Part shown: one piece after another, positions 24,734 through 36,538 of the stretch
How positions within the stretch are numbered: position 1 is the stretch's first letter
How the letters are laid out: each line of letters opens with the position of its first letter
Assembly: GCA_964304625.1 (NCBI GenBank)
Contig: OZ199838.1
Location: 1,963,927 to 2,027,926 of the forward strand
DNA: 64,000 nucleotides
Origin: Kudoa neothunni
Lineage: Eukaryota; Animalia; Cnidaria
Direction: 5' to 3'
Position numbers and translations under genes: made by a program
Notes under the pieces: model-generated
Seen by the model: the letters and a program-made list of their open reading frames with translations, nothing else
Databases searched by the model: none
Told to the model about the DNA's origin: nothing

Positions 24734-27209
24734 GGTTGATAACTATATAAATTATTAATTGATGACTCGGAATACAATTGACCCGAATTTTTTTATTTAA
24801 GGATAAAATGTCTAATTAAACGATAAAAACTGACAAATTATTATAATTATGTGAGCAATTAAAAATCATTTCAAATTATTTACTTTAATGCTATTCCATT
24901 AAGTTCATATCGGGTGATTAATTAGTTATAACTTTTTATGGAATCAAACGTTTTTCTTCCATTAATTGTTTCATTAAGATAATGTCAAAGTAAATATTAA
25001 CCTGTTTCAACATAATGGAAATTATTTTTATTTTAACGAGGATTTTGTACTATTCCAAGTATTTATTTAATGAATCTAATTCCTCGGGTTGCCAAATCTT
25101 ATTATGTCTCAATGAACACAATCATTCTATTGATTGTATCAGTTCGAAAGGATTTTGAAAAGAGTTATCTGAATTATTATTCAAATAAAACCTAGATGGC
25201 ACTTAAAAATAATTTCTAATTTCGCTAAAATAATTATTTTATATACGTCCTTCCATATAAAGAGCTGCTTTCATTTTTTGTGTTGAAAAATTTTATAAAA
25301 GCTATATTTGAAGTTATTGATTAAAAACGTAAAACTCAATTCATAAAACTTTCAATAAAATAATTTAATTCATTCAAAATATGGTAAAATTATAATACGG
25401 TTATATTTTTTGGATTCAACATTATTCCATATAGGTTTTCGCTCACTCAAAATTACAAATATTCATATAATATTAGAATTATATGAGAAAACTTTGGTTT
25501 CAAATGTAGAATCAATAATAAAGAAAAAATAATTAATAAGATTAAAATTTTTGTCGATAGATATTTAAATTTTTATAATTGATCTAAATAATAATGGTTA
25601 CAATATTTGATTCTATATTTTATTATTTGTATATTAATTGAGTCAGAATATCGATATCCTTATTTTGAGTAGTTTATGATCAACTAAAAACCAATACCTG
25701 GCCATTATTATATTCGGGTTAACAGGTCCAATCTATCACAAACATTGTGTTAATTAGGCTCAAAAATCCATTTTAAATTTTTAACAAGTATATAATTAAT
25801 ATTTATAATAGAGCGATTTTTACGAATAAGAATATCTACTATGTTGTTTTACGTCGTGGATAATTCTACAATATCTAGAATATTGATGTACTTAAAATAT
25901 TTTAAATTTAAATTTTTTATATTATTTATATTAATAAAAACTTTATTTGCATATGTATCAAAATAATATGGAAAAATACGCAATAACAAAAAATATTTCG
26001 CAGTATTGATATCAAAAGTTTCTGTGCGCAATTATTCCATAACATATGGATGGTAAAATTATTTATTTACTATAAAATATCCGTATTATTAATATGTCTC
26101 CAATTTACACCCCCTAAATGTATTTTTTCCCAAGAATTAATTATATGTATAAAAATATCACGAAATATTTAATGACGTAAACGAGGCGCAAAATAAATGA
26201 GGGTTAATAAAAACATACATTCATTTACTATTTACACACTATCTTAATTTTATATTAATATTTATTATTTTTGCCTTCATTTTACAATCAATTGTTATCA
26301 TTATAATAATTAGATTTTTAATAAGCTTGAAATTTATTATGTTAATTGAATCCATTGAAAACATGTAGGTGAATATATTTAGCTCATAGTGATTACTTTA
26401 ATTAATGAAAAACTAATAAGTTTAATTTTAAACGAATACATATTTAATTAAATTAGAACATGATTACAAAAACAAAGCCGCAAAATATTATTTAATCACC
26501 CAGTGCAAGCCCAAGCCTTATAGTTATTAGGTTCATATTTTTCTTTTAAGGCTAATTTAGACAAAAACAACTCATGTAAGTCTTTATCTCTATTATTTAT
26601 AAAATAATTTGTTGCATAAGATAAATTACTGGTACATCCTGAATTGATTTTAACTGTTCGATGTAGGCTTGATCTAACACTCATCGTAATACATAGAGAT
26701 AAACACATAAGATAAATTTTGATTCAATTTTCTAATAAAATTAATTTAAATGATATTGATTAATCACAATTCAAATCAAAGTCGTTAAACCTCATAAAAA
26801 GAGCTCTAAATGTATCTATAAGAAATATTAATCGCAAGTTTAAGCTTTTTCGTCACTGACATTGTGTTTTGTTGAAATATCAAGAATTAATATCATACAG
26901 CTTTTAATTACTTGAAAGTTAATTTTCAACATTTAAAATGCAGTTTTAAACTATAACAATTAAAAGAATTCGAAATCTTCATCTAATTACAATAATTAAC
27001 ATATTCTTACAAGAAAGGAGAATAAAGACAAAAAAATATAATATTAAAATGAATATGAAATAGTTCAACTATATTTCTGGACGCTGCGTCATGTGACTCA
27101 TTAGCACGAGTTATTTCTTAATTTTCATGATATAACAATAACTCTACTACAATAAGTCTTCCAAAAATTTTTTAGTGACGTCCTCAGAACACACGCTTCC
27201 GATGATTTT

Positions 27210-27727
27210 TCAAACCTCCTTTCCCGAAATGGGCCCACAAGGGACACCAATTCCATTATTTTTCGTGTTATTCAGAAAGTAATCTATTAATTTCTCAACT
27301 GTCCAAAGACTGTTAACAAAAGGATTTAAAAGTAGAATAAAAATTATAATTTATTTCCTAAATTAAAAAGTACGCGTTAGATTTAATATTTATCTCATTC
27401 CTTGAATATATTGCATGTAAAATTTTAAGTGTTGCTTTATTACAATAAGATAAATTGTATATTTCTGGGATTTTCTGCCAAAAATTAATTTTTATTACAT
27501 AAATTATATTCAAAGGAGGTTATACAAAAAATTCATATGGTGCAGACAAACGCCAAACTACGTAAAAGTGGTTAAGGGATTAATTTTACGTACCTCCTTC
27601 CATGCATCTAAAGGAGTATGTAATAATGGTTACCTACTGTAGAAATAATTGTTGCAAACTAATTGAGATGATCATTTTATACATCACGCGACTTAACGGA
27701 GGAAAATACTATCCAATTTGTCAACAT
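27210..27727 (-). CDS. Small (~100 aa) orphan, probably secreted protein, 5 exons
   Basis: Phase-consistent GT-AG chain: MLTNWIVFSS/VTIITYSFRCMEG/VWRLSAPYEFF/KIPEIYNLSYCNKATLKILHAIYSRNEINIKSNA/LWTVEKLIDYFLNNTKNNGIGVPCGPISGKEV*. Hydrophobic N-terminus. No recognised homology. Confidence 0.4.
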
Positions 27728-27813
27728 TGTAATTATTTTAAGATGTCGAGAATTATTGTTATAATTGGGTTGAAAAGATATAATCATTAGAAGGAATAGC
27801 AAACGCCGCAATT

Positions 27814-28161
27814 CATGAGTTCTCAACCGTTTTTTATCTTTATCTCCTAGGTCTGGTGAAAAATCCAAATTTGTCCCGCTATCTTGGAAGCTAAATCCTT
27901 ATCTACTTTAAGGTTGTATACTTATTTCAGTATTATTAGGCTGCATCTCTAAAAGAAAAACTGACATAAAGAGTCTGATAATAATTTTATAAATAATTGT
28001 TAAATATTTTAAGCATTTCTGCAAAATTCCAATTGAATTTAAAAGTTCTGAATAATGTAATTCATTAGAAATCCTTAAGTGGATCCCAAAACTCATTATC
28101 CGAAAGTTTCTCATATCTAATTTTGATTTTACTTAATTTACCCCTGATTGAGAATCCCCGG
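27814..28161 (-). mobile_element. hAT-like MITE family A, copy 2
   Basis: Ends CATGAGTTCTCAACC / TTGAGAATCCCCGG. Its reverse complement aligns by eye to 45161-45490. Confidence 0.75.
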
Positions 28162-28844
28162 CCTAGACTCTGTACATGTTTAAAGAAACCAAGATTTTAC
28201 CCGTCGAAACTATTGTTTTAATTTAATTGTAATTTTTATAAGGTGAAACTCTTGTGTTTAAAATTCAAAAAATGCATAGAGTCTATAACACATTTTATTT
28301 ATTGAGGACTAGTAAAATTATTTACCCACTTTATTGTAAATAAACTAAACGCAATTCTACAATTGTAAAGTTGAATTCTTTAATAATAATTAATTAGTAT
28401 TTTTTAGAATATTTCTTATCGTTACTAGCGGACTGATTTGTACGCGTAGATTTAAGTTATTGTATTTTTTTCAAATTTAACATCCAATTTCTAATAAAGA
28501 AAATATTAATTATCTTATCAAATCAATTTTTAATCCACTAAGTTGAATGTAAAATGATTTCCTGCATTATCCAAAAATTGATTTTGAAATTATCTAAATT
28601 GTTAAATTTAAGATTTTAAATCTAACTAAGTAGTTCTAACATATGTTTTATTCCCTAAAAATTGATTTTAATGGGAGGTTTTAATTCTTATGCGTGATAT
28701 AGAATGTTTTTACTAAAATGTGAATTAAAACAATTAATTTTTAAGGTTCACTGTCAAAAATATTACTTTGACGTGAAATAGAAGGTAACACGTTTTTAAC
28801 AACGGCTTTTCTCACAAAAGCATGTAAAATAATTAATAATGGAA

Positions 28845-29649
28845 TTATATGAGCATTCTTTCAACATTCGAAATGCATAACCATAATTGAAGTAGAAGCT
28901 TTGAGAATGCGACAGAGATTTCTAGGTTCACATCTCCTAATGCTTCGGTAAGGATATCCCTCAGAATATCATCGATTAACTGGCACAATTAAAATTAATA
29001 GAATAACAACATCATTAAAGAACTAACCCGAAAATAATGAGGGCCTATATCCATATGTTTGTGTATGTTGACCATAACTTGTCGCACTTTGTCAGTTTCC
29101 TCCTCATCATCAATGAATTTGATCATCTTTCCCAAAACAACATTGATACTATTGGAATGATTGACAAAACCCTTCTCATCTGCTAAAATGTCAGTTTTGA
29201 AGTATCTGGAAAATTCTCTATCATTTCTGATCCTATACTACCAATTTTAAACCATTATTTAGCTTAATTATGTCACCTTTCCAATATGCCCGAACTTAAA
29301 TTGAAACCTTTCCGAGAACATCCTGATATAATTTTAGGGAACGTTTTCACTATTATAGTTTTATCTTTAGGGGTTAAAATGTGGCTGTTATCAATTTTAT
29401 AGTATCTGTCTATGTTATTAAAACAAAATGATAGAAATTAACTCTTTTACCTTTTAAAACCCTTTAGATATTTTTTCTCTCTATTGTAACTTTCTACCTT
29501 TGCTCTCCATATGATTTCCTATTAATTAAAATTAAATCACAAATACCTTCAGTTAGAATATCTTATCGCCGTGTATTATTTTATAATCGAATTACTCCAG
29601 CAACATTCTGAACTCTTTTTATATGTAAAAAAGATTTTTGTTTATCCAT
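28845..29649 (-). CDS. Globin 1 (most divergent), 5 exons
   Basis: Spliced: MDKQKSFLHIKRVQNVAG/EIIWRAKVESYNREKKYLKGFKR/YYKIDNSHILTPKDKTIIVKTF...GILER/IRNDREFSRYF(CD1)KTDILADEKGFVNH(E7)...VNIH(F8)KHMDIGPHYFR/LIDDILRDILTEALG...MLI*. Has the B12.2 and G7.0 introns. Confidence 0.75.
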
Positions 29650-30191
29650 CCTCGAGTTATAAGTGAAATCGCACTTGATCATTTGAAAGAGATACGGTAA
29701 CTTCTATTTTGTAATATGTAGGCTATACATATTGAGAATTTTGAAATTAACTCTCGCTCACATCAGAAACTAAATCTAATTTGAATATTGGTATATGGAT
29801 TCATTGTTAATTTTCGCTATAAGATGAATAATGGAATTAAGTCATTGATATATTATCTATTTATCATTTTGATTATTATTTGAAAAAGTCAAATGCTGCA
29901 GATATCGAAGTGTGAATATTTTATATTTTTCGTTATTATATATTGAAGTACATGCTTAAAATAAATTTTTAATGACTCATTAATAAATCTAAAAGGTGTT
30001 AGTTGATTTTGAAAAGTCCTTTGAAAATAATTCAAAGTCTTATTTTATCTGTCATAATTAAATCAAACCTCCTCGTAGAACGATGTAATAACTTTTAATA
30101 GATTCAAATCAGAAACTTTGGGGCGGCTCTGTGAAATCTTTAACCATCAGAGTAAGTGGCATGTAACCACCACGTTTGCTTTCGGCTACAT

Positions 30192-30439
30192 CAGTGTTTC
30201 CCAAACTAGGTTTATGGATCACAAAGGAGTCCGAGAATTGATTTCAGAGGGTCTGTGATAAGGCTTTTACTCTAAAAATTTGTCATTTGTAAATCTCAGA
30301 CTATAATAAAAGCCCACTTCAAAAACAAAATTTCGTAAAAATAATATTATAAATATATGTATTTAATATATTCAAACGTACTTATTCAATTAGTTAAGTT
30401 AATTGGAATTACGTGAAACAAATAGTTTGGGAAATATTG
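30192..30439. mobile_element. Short hAT-like MITE between globins 1 and 2
   Basis: CAGTGTTTCCCAAACT ... AGTTTGGGAAATATTG inverted ends. TSD not conserved. Confidence 0.6.
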
Positions 30440-31232
30440 CCATAAAAGAGTAATTAAAAAGAACTACATCTATTCCTACTACAACCGTGCAAGATATGCG
30501 TAGAGTTTTTAAATATTATAATTTTTGTTTAAAAAGTTTGGACAACAATTATATCGTTTTAGAATTACTGAAATGTGACAATTTTAGTTTTATCGTGTTA
30601 TTGAATGAGACTGAACCTATATAGTGGGTGCCGACTTACACGCATTTATTCTATTTCACACAAAATTTTCCGTTTTTTGAGCCCATTACTTATGTGGATA
30701 TTTAAAACTTAATTAAGTTAGGTTATTAAAACTTTAAACTAATTTTCGGACCAGAATACAATAAAATAAAGAAATTTAATCGCATTCTTGGCTAATTCAA
30801 ACTTTTCCTGGGGCCTCTAAGGGATTATATATTACCCGTCACCATTGTAATAAAAATATTTGAGGTTCTATATAGATTTTTCCAATTTTTTTTGTTTGTA
30901 TTAATAAAAAATTTTTTTTATATTATATCCAAATAATGGTCGGGCAGAGTTCTATCAAGTAATGTTAGAAGGGCGTAAATTTTTAAATAGTTTAAAAAAA
31001 TTTTGTAGCCAATATAACCAGACAAAAATCTATAATTAATATTTTTCCTAAAATATAAGTAAAAAATAATTTGATAAAATTAAAATTCATGGATATTTTC
31101 AGATTAAAGTGAAAGTGTATGAATTCTGATTAGTCTTTAAATTTTAATACATACGCAAACAAACAGCAACTGATTGAAAAAATAACATATAATTTATTTT
31201 GAATTGTATTATATTAATATAAATTTCAAAGA

Positions 31233-31991
31233 TCACACTTGAAACTTTCTAGGTGCCAACGCCACCCACAAAACGTCTAGAAGACGACTCCACGCCTTGC
31301 TTTTTTTCCTGCTCCACCTACCTTCGAGGATGTTTTTCGCGGTTTCCTGAAATATTTCTTCAAATTTCTTTAATTTGTTAATTAATAAAACTTATGAATT
31401 TAATTACTTGTAATTCATGTTTCTGGATGCTCATATTTAGGTGAATTGAAACCAAAAGATCAAGTGTATCATAAAACTCTTCATCGCTGTAGATATTTGC
31501 TATCAGCATGTTAAGGCCGTTTACTACTTTATCGGAATGAGTTTTTATGGATTTGATTTTGTAGATATTCAGATCAAAGTGTCTTTTGAATTCAGGGTAC
31601 TTGTATAAGAGCCTGGCTGTCAAGATGAATTCGTGGAATCAAATAATGTGTTACCTATGGAAAAGTTCTAGCCCAATATCAACGTAGGTTTCATTGGCTT
31701 GTTGAGTTAGTTTGTTCCACGAGCTGGCGATTACGTTTTTTTCTTTTTCATTGAGACTGATAATTTTGGCACCTCTCCCACTTTTGTTCCTTTAAGTGTT
31801 TGTATTAAATGCAAGAAAACTATAAAAAATTCGAGATTGCGGACCATTTATCTACAATTTGTTTATATGACCCCTTTTGAACATTGCCAAGACGTTTTTT
31901 AATGTTGTTTGCCTTTGAGATTATTAGAAAATAAATTCAAATTTCCGGATTAATCTCTTACAAATTCATCGTTGTTGTTCATATCAGTCAT
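31233..31991 (-). CDS. Globin 2, 5 exons
   Basis: MTDMNNNDEF/ANNIKKRLGNVQKGSYKQIVDKW/NKSGRGAKIISLNEKEKNVIASSW...IGLELFHR/LLYKYPEFKRHF(CD1)...KTH(E7)SDKV...VSIH(F8)...ELQ/KFEEIFQETAKNIL...KAWSRLL...FQV*. Has A12 Trp, C2 Pro, H8 Trp, and the B12.2 and G7.0 introns. Confidence 0.9.
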
Positions 31992-32177
31992 GTTGTGATA
32001 TCTAACGATAAAAAATTTGACTACTGTAAATGTTGAAAATCCGACCGCAGCAGTAGCGGGGTTTCTAGTGAACTCGACTGAATGGTAACTAAACAAACAT
32101 TTTCACGCCTAAAAACTAGACTATTGTATCGAACCAAAAGTATTCATAATATTTGAAATAAGAAATTTCTCAGCTAA

Positions 32178-32978
32178 TTATTCGGTGTTAAACACACCAC
32201 AGGTAACACCTACACCGAGGCAATTGGTGTATTTAATCCATGCATTTCTAATTGAAGGGGCCATTTTCTTGTCTGACATCTCTTCCAGCACTTGTATGAA
32301 TTCATCTTGGAAAATCTATTAATATGTAACTAAAGTGAGAGCATAACTGAATATATATTCATAAATGAAAGGAAATTGATCAATTTATTTAGTAATCAAT
32401 CAATGCGTAATTACCTTAAATTGACTTGGGCTCACATCCAAAGTCCAATGTATATGGCACAGCGAATTAAGCATTGTCATGTGAAGTTTTTCATTGTCGA
32501 TCACAGAAATCGCTTGATTCATAGTTACCATTATCTTATCGGTGTGGATCTTCATGCTACTCAATGTATAGACTCCCAGTTTGAAGTAGTTATTAAAAAA
32601 GGGGTATTTTGTTAACAGTCTAAACCATATAGTAAATAAATGCCCCAATTTGTGACAACCTATGAAAGAGAATGAGTCCAAAATCGAGTTTTTTCTCTGT
32701 TGATTTCTTCATAATACTTTGCCAGTGTTTTTTAAGTCGTTTCTTTTCGAATATGCACAAAGAAAATTGTTTCTTTGATTTTTTATCCTTAGTCCTGATT
32801 TCATGTTATATCGAAATATTTAGTACATTAGATATTTACCAATTCTCGTAGTATTTAATATAAATATTATCGGGATTTCCAGATTTGTTGGGGTTATTTT
32901 TCTTCAAAATACAGTCAGTATTAATATTTTAAACATTTTGTCATTTTACAATACCCCTGTTGAAGATTTTCCTGTCAT
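32178..32978 (-). CDS. Globin 3, 5 exons
   Basis: MTGKSSTG/KNNPNKSGNPDNIYIKYYENW/TKDKKSKKQFSLCIFEKKRLKKHW...DFGLILFHR/LLTKYPFFNNYF(CD1)...KIH(E7)TDKI...CHIH(F8)...QFK/IFQDEFIQVLEE...NAWIKYT...NTE*. Same intron phases as globins 1 and 2. Confidence 0.88.
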
Positions 32979-33428
32979 TTCTAGAAAGTTGATAAAATTT
33001 TGGTCCAAAACTCCATATAATAAGATATAACACAATTATGGAATGGCCATTGATTTATTGGGTGTCGATATTTATGGATAGTTATTCAAATTATCTTTTG
33101 TTAGAAAATTATTCTTACACCATTCCACTGTAATTGTTTAAATGAATGGTTTTAATGGTATATTCATAGAATTCACTCTAACAGTCTATAAATTGAATAA
33201 AAATTAAAATTTGCGCATAAGCACGACTTTAAAAAAGTAACACTAGAAAATATTTTAAAAATAATAAAAACCATTAAATGCGATACACCTATGTTCATAC
33301 CTTACAATTATGCATGCCAAAGACAAAGAAAATCAAGGCGGAATGAGAAAAATGTCGTATTCACTAAACAAAAAGATAACCAAGTGTATAACAAAAAGTT
33401 AGAATTCAAAGAAAAGAATGGTTCCGTC

Positions 33429-36400
33429 CTATTTTTGGTAGATTTCTGAAATAACGGGAACCCAGTGAGGATTGTTGAGAGTACTGAGAACAATAGTTTC
33501 TAATTGTTTGGTGGTGGACTCGACATCATCATGGATAATAACAACATCCATAAAAGGTTCGAGTTGGTTGAAGATGAGATGGGGGTCATTCGAGCTAATT
33601 TTTTTTACGGCTTTAAAATTACGTTGATTGTTTTGTGTTTGATCGGTCGTTTTTAACAGCACAAGGAATGGTCTAAGTCCGGATTTGTACAGACATCCAA
33701 TGCGCTAGAATTTTAGAGTTATATTTGAATTTTTTCAACAATAATACGCAATCATCTGTAGGAATTAGACAAATTCGACCTTGCTGCGATATGTTCCAAA
33801 TTTCTTTAATCGAATAACCATATAGGTGATTGTTCAAATTAGATATCCCAATGAATTGGTTGTGATTAATTGCTCGTTCGAATGAATATTTGTTAATAAT
33901 TTCAGTGGAGCAATTTATCTTAGTGTTTGCGGTTTGTTTGGTGGTATCTTTATCGAAAATAGTTTGTTAAAATTTTGATTTAAGCAAAATTAATTTCCGC
34001 TTACACAAAGTGGGCCTTTGACAGATGTGAGGTATCATTTCGATTAACGAATCCACCAACACATCCAATGTTTCTAAGTTTGGGGCTATTTGTATTCAAA
34101 ACAACAAAAAGACATACACAACAAATTTACAAACAAGAAAAACCGGCCTGCAATTGAATGGATCAGGTGATATTAGAATAACGTCCTGATAGCCGCTTTC
34201 ATATTTGGCAATGTTGTTGTCGTCTAGGTTGAGTCAAATTATAGAAAAACTTTAAAGATGAAACCTGAAGTAGAGCTATTTTGGGGTGATTTATCATCTG
34301 TTTGAAAGCAAGAGAAGCAGTTGACACCATTTTCTAAAAACGATTTTATTTATTTAAAAATAGCCATCATTCTTATTTTACCCTCAAATGCCAATGCATT
34401 ATTTTTTGAATCATTTAAAATATTTTTTAACACACTAAAAGAGTTATTGCAATAAATAATACACTGTTATATTTGCACATACTTTTGATAATAATTTCTA
34501 CTGGGGATAAGCCCAATTTTGGCCTTTTCATCAGTAGTGTAATTATCCTTATTTTTTATCACTTTTCTCGCCTACAGCCAAATTTTATATGAAAAAATTC
34601 ATATAAATCAGCTCATATTGAATACCTGCCAGTAAAACAAATCGGTTCTATCAACAATTTCAAGAATATCACCAAAAGAAAAATTGATTCCAATCTCTTT
34701 GCAGCGGGCTTGTTCGTCTTCTTCCACCGAGTAATTGAATAACGCTTTCACATATTTGCTTTCATTCCTAAAAGCCAAGATCATTTTTGAATGTGCGGAG
34801 AAGCAAGAATGGTAATATAACTTTATTGAACAACCAGTGTCTACACAAAAACTCAAATTTCTGTTAGACTTTTCTTTAGTTTTAGTTAGAAAGGTCAAAC
34901 CGTGCTTTTTCTCCTGATGCAACACATTCAACACATCCTCAATCGAAAGACCCTTGATAGGTATCTTGTTGATTTCCAATATTTCATCACCAATGTTCAG
35001 AAGTCCTTCGTACCAATAAATTATCAAATGTTAGTTAGAAATTGTTTTAAATTTAATTAATTCTGTGATTATTCTAATATCATTTTTTAAAAAGTAAGAT
35101 ACCAGTTCTTTCAGCCAAGGAATTTTTCAATATCCTCGATATGACGATACTTTGGCTATTCTTGACTATAGTGAGACCGATTTCATCAGTGCTCCCATTG
35201 CTGACAGTGACTTGAGTTTCGTTGGTGAAGTTCTCGGGTTTGAAATCATTGAAATTGGAAAAATGACTGGACTGATCTGGAATGTGACTTCTGGATGAAT
35301 CGGTTGTGAAGGCTGTTCGTAGCATTTTATCATAAAAATTGAAAACACCCTAAATCAACATAGGAAAATAGCAGAAAAACAACACAGAACGATGGATATA
35401 TTGATAATGAGAAAGTTACAAAAATATCATCGTCGGCCAAAATATCATTGGAGAATTCTTTACAGTCTGCTTCATCATGGGAGTCGGTCGAGTGACGGAG
35501 AGCATTGTTCAACTAACAAAAATTATTTCACGTAATTTCTTCTCTTATTTCAAAATACATTAGAAAGTAGAGGTGTCAGATAATAAATTGTGTTTTCCGC
35601 ATTCTTCTTGTGATACTGCTTCAGTTCATTCACATTTTTACACATTTTCAAAAGAATATCAACATCTGGGTCGGTGGGTTCGAGTGCTTTTGTTAAGATC
35701 ACCATCAAACAAAATATTTAAAACATTTTATTTTCAATTTCAAACTTACTCATCTCATTGCTGCTCCTGCTCTCAATAACTGGAGCGAGATCCTTTTTAT
35801 GCAATCTTTTTATTGAGGATTTTAACTTTTTAAAAGAATTCTTTATTAGACTGCCAGTTATGGATTTTTTCAGTGGAGGCGCTTTCAAATGGACTGGTTG
35901 TTTTAGATCGCAATATTCTAAGTCAGAATAAAGTTCAGCCGCTGGGTGGTATGCTTGAAATATCTACCTTTATCGTCGGAAAATAATTTCATTTTCATGT
36001 ATCCCAATTTTTTATTCTATATACAAAACGAATATATCTTTGAGCTGCTAAAATTGAGTGGATAACTCTCAAGAGTACTTTTATCATTTGAAGTTTTAGC
36101 GCCTTTGCTGATATCTTGTAAAGACAAGTTCTATTCACTGATAAAATTTTCCACCCCGCCTTCAAACCTGCTCTATCAGCCAATGAATCTTGTGGGATGC
36201 GATTATACAATATTCTTTCATTTTAACAAAAAACCTACTCGCAGCTACCTTACCCACAATAGGATAAGCTCTCTCATTGTTAGGTGAGTGGATTTGAAAA
36301 CCAAACTGTTGAGCTTTACTCTCAAGAATCAAATCAATTATGATGTTAGGGTCAAAAATAACATCTCTTTTATACACCGATACCTATTGCGGCAAAATAC

Positions 36401-36538
36401 AAATTATGTCTCACAATCTAGATCAAAACTCACCCTTGACCTCACGTTATTGTAATGCTCCACGTTCAGACTCTGTTTGATGTTGGATTGGTCCACACAA
36501 AACTCACTGATTGTTGGTATTATATCATAGGCACTCAT
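33429..36538 (-). CDS. MPP5: MAGUK p55-family protein, PALS1/MPP5/Stardust-like (extra PDZ - degenerate L27 - PDZ - SH3 - GK)
   Basis: PDZ 'EIGLTIVKNSQSIVISRILKNSLAERTG/LLNIGDEILEIN'; SH3 'YVKALFNYSVEEDEQARCKEIGINFSFGDILEIVDRTDLFYWQA'; GK ending 'HWVPV'; upstream PDZ 'QFGFQI...PIVGKVAANSLADRAGLKAGWKILSVN'. The subfamily call is by resemblance only. Confidence 0.75.

Noticed and set aside
21988-24739. Plus-strand ORFs overlapping the FN3-like gene (e.g. 22341-22715, 22907-23227)
   Set aside because: Antisense shadows of the minus-strand coding exons.
27210-27560. SH2-domain reading of 'VWRLS...YNLSYC...TVEKLIDYF'
   Set aside because: Only superficial. There is no WYHG or FLVRES motif, and the phase-consistent 5' exons look like a signal peptide.
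27677-28114. ORFs 27908-28114 and 27677-27868 as exons of a gene or a fourth globin
   Set aside because: They lie mostly within MITE family A (homologous to 45161-45490) and have no globin motifs.
31770-31850. Myristoylated (globin X-like) MGNKSG start for globin 2
   Set aside because: There is no ATG-GG donor exon. The in-phase upstream exon gives ...DKW/NKSG, matching globin 3 (ENW/TKD).
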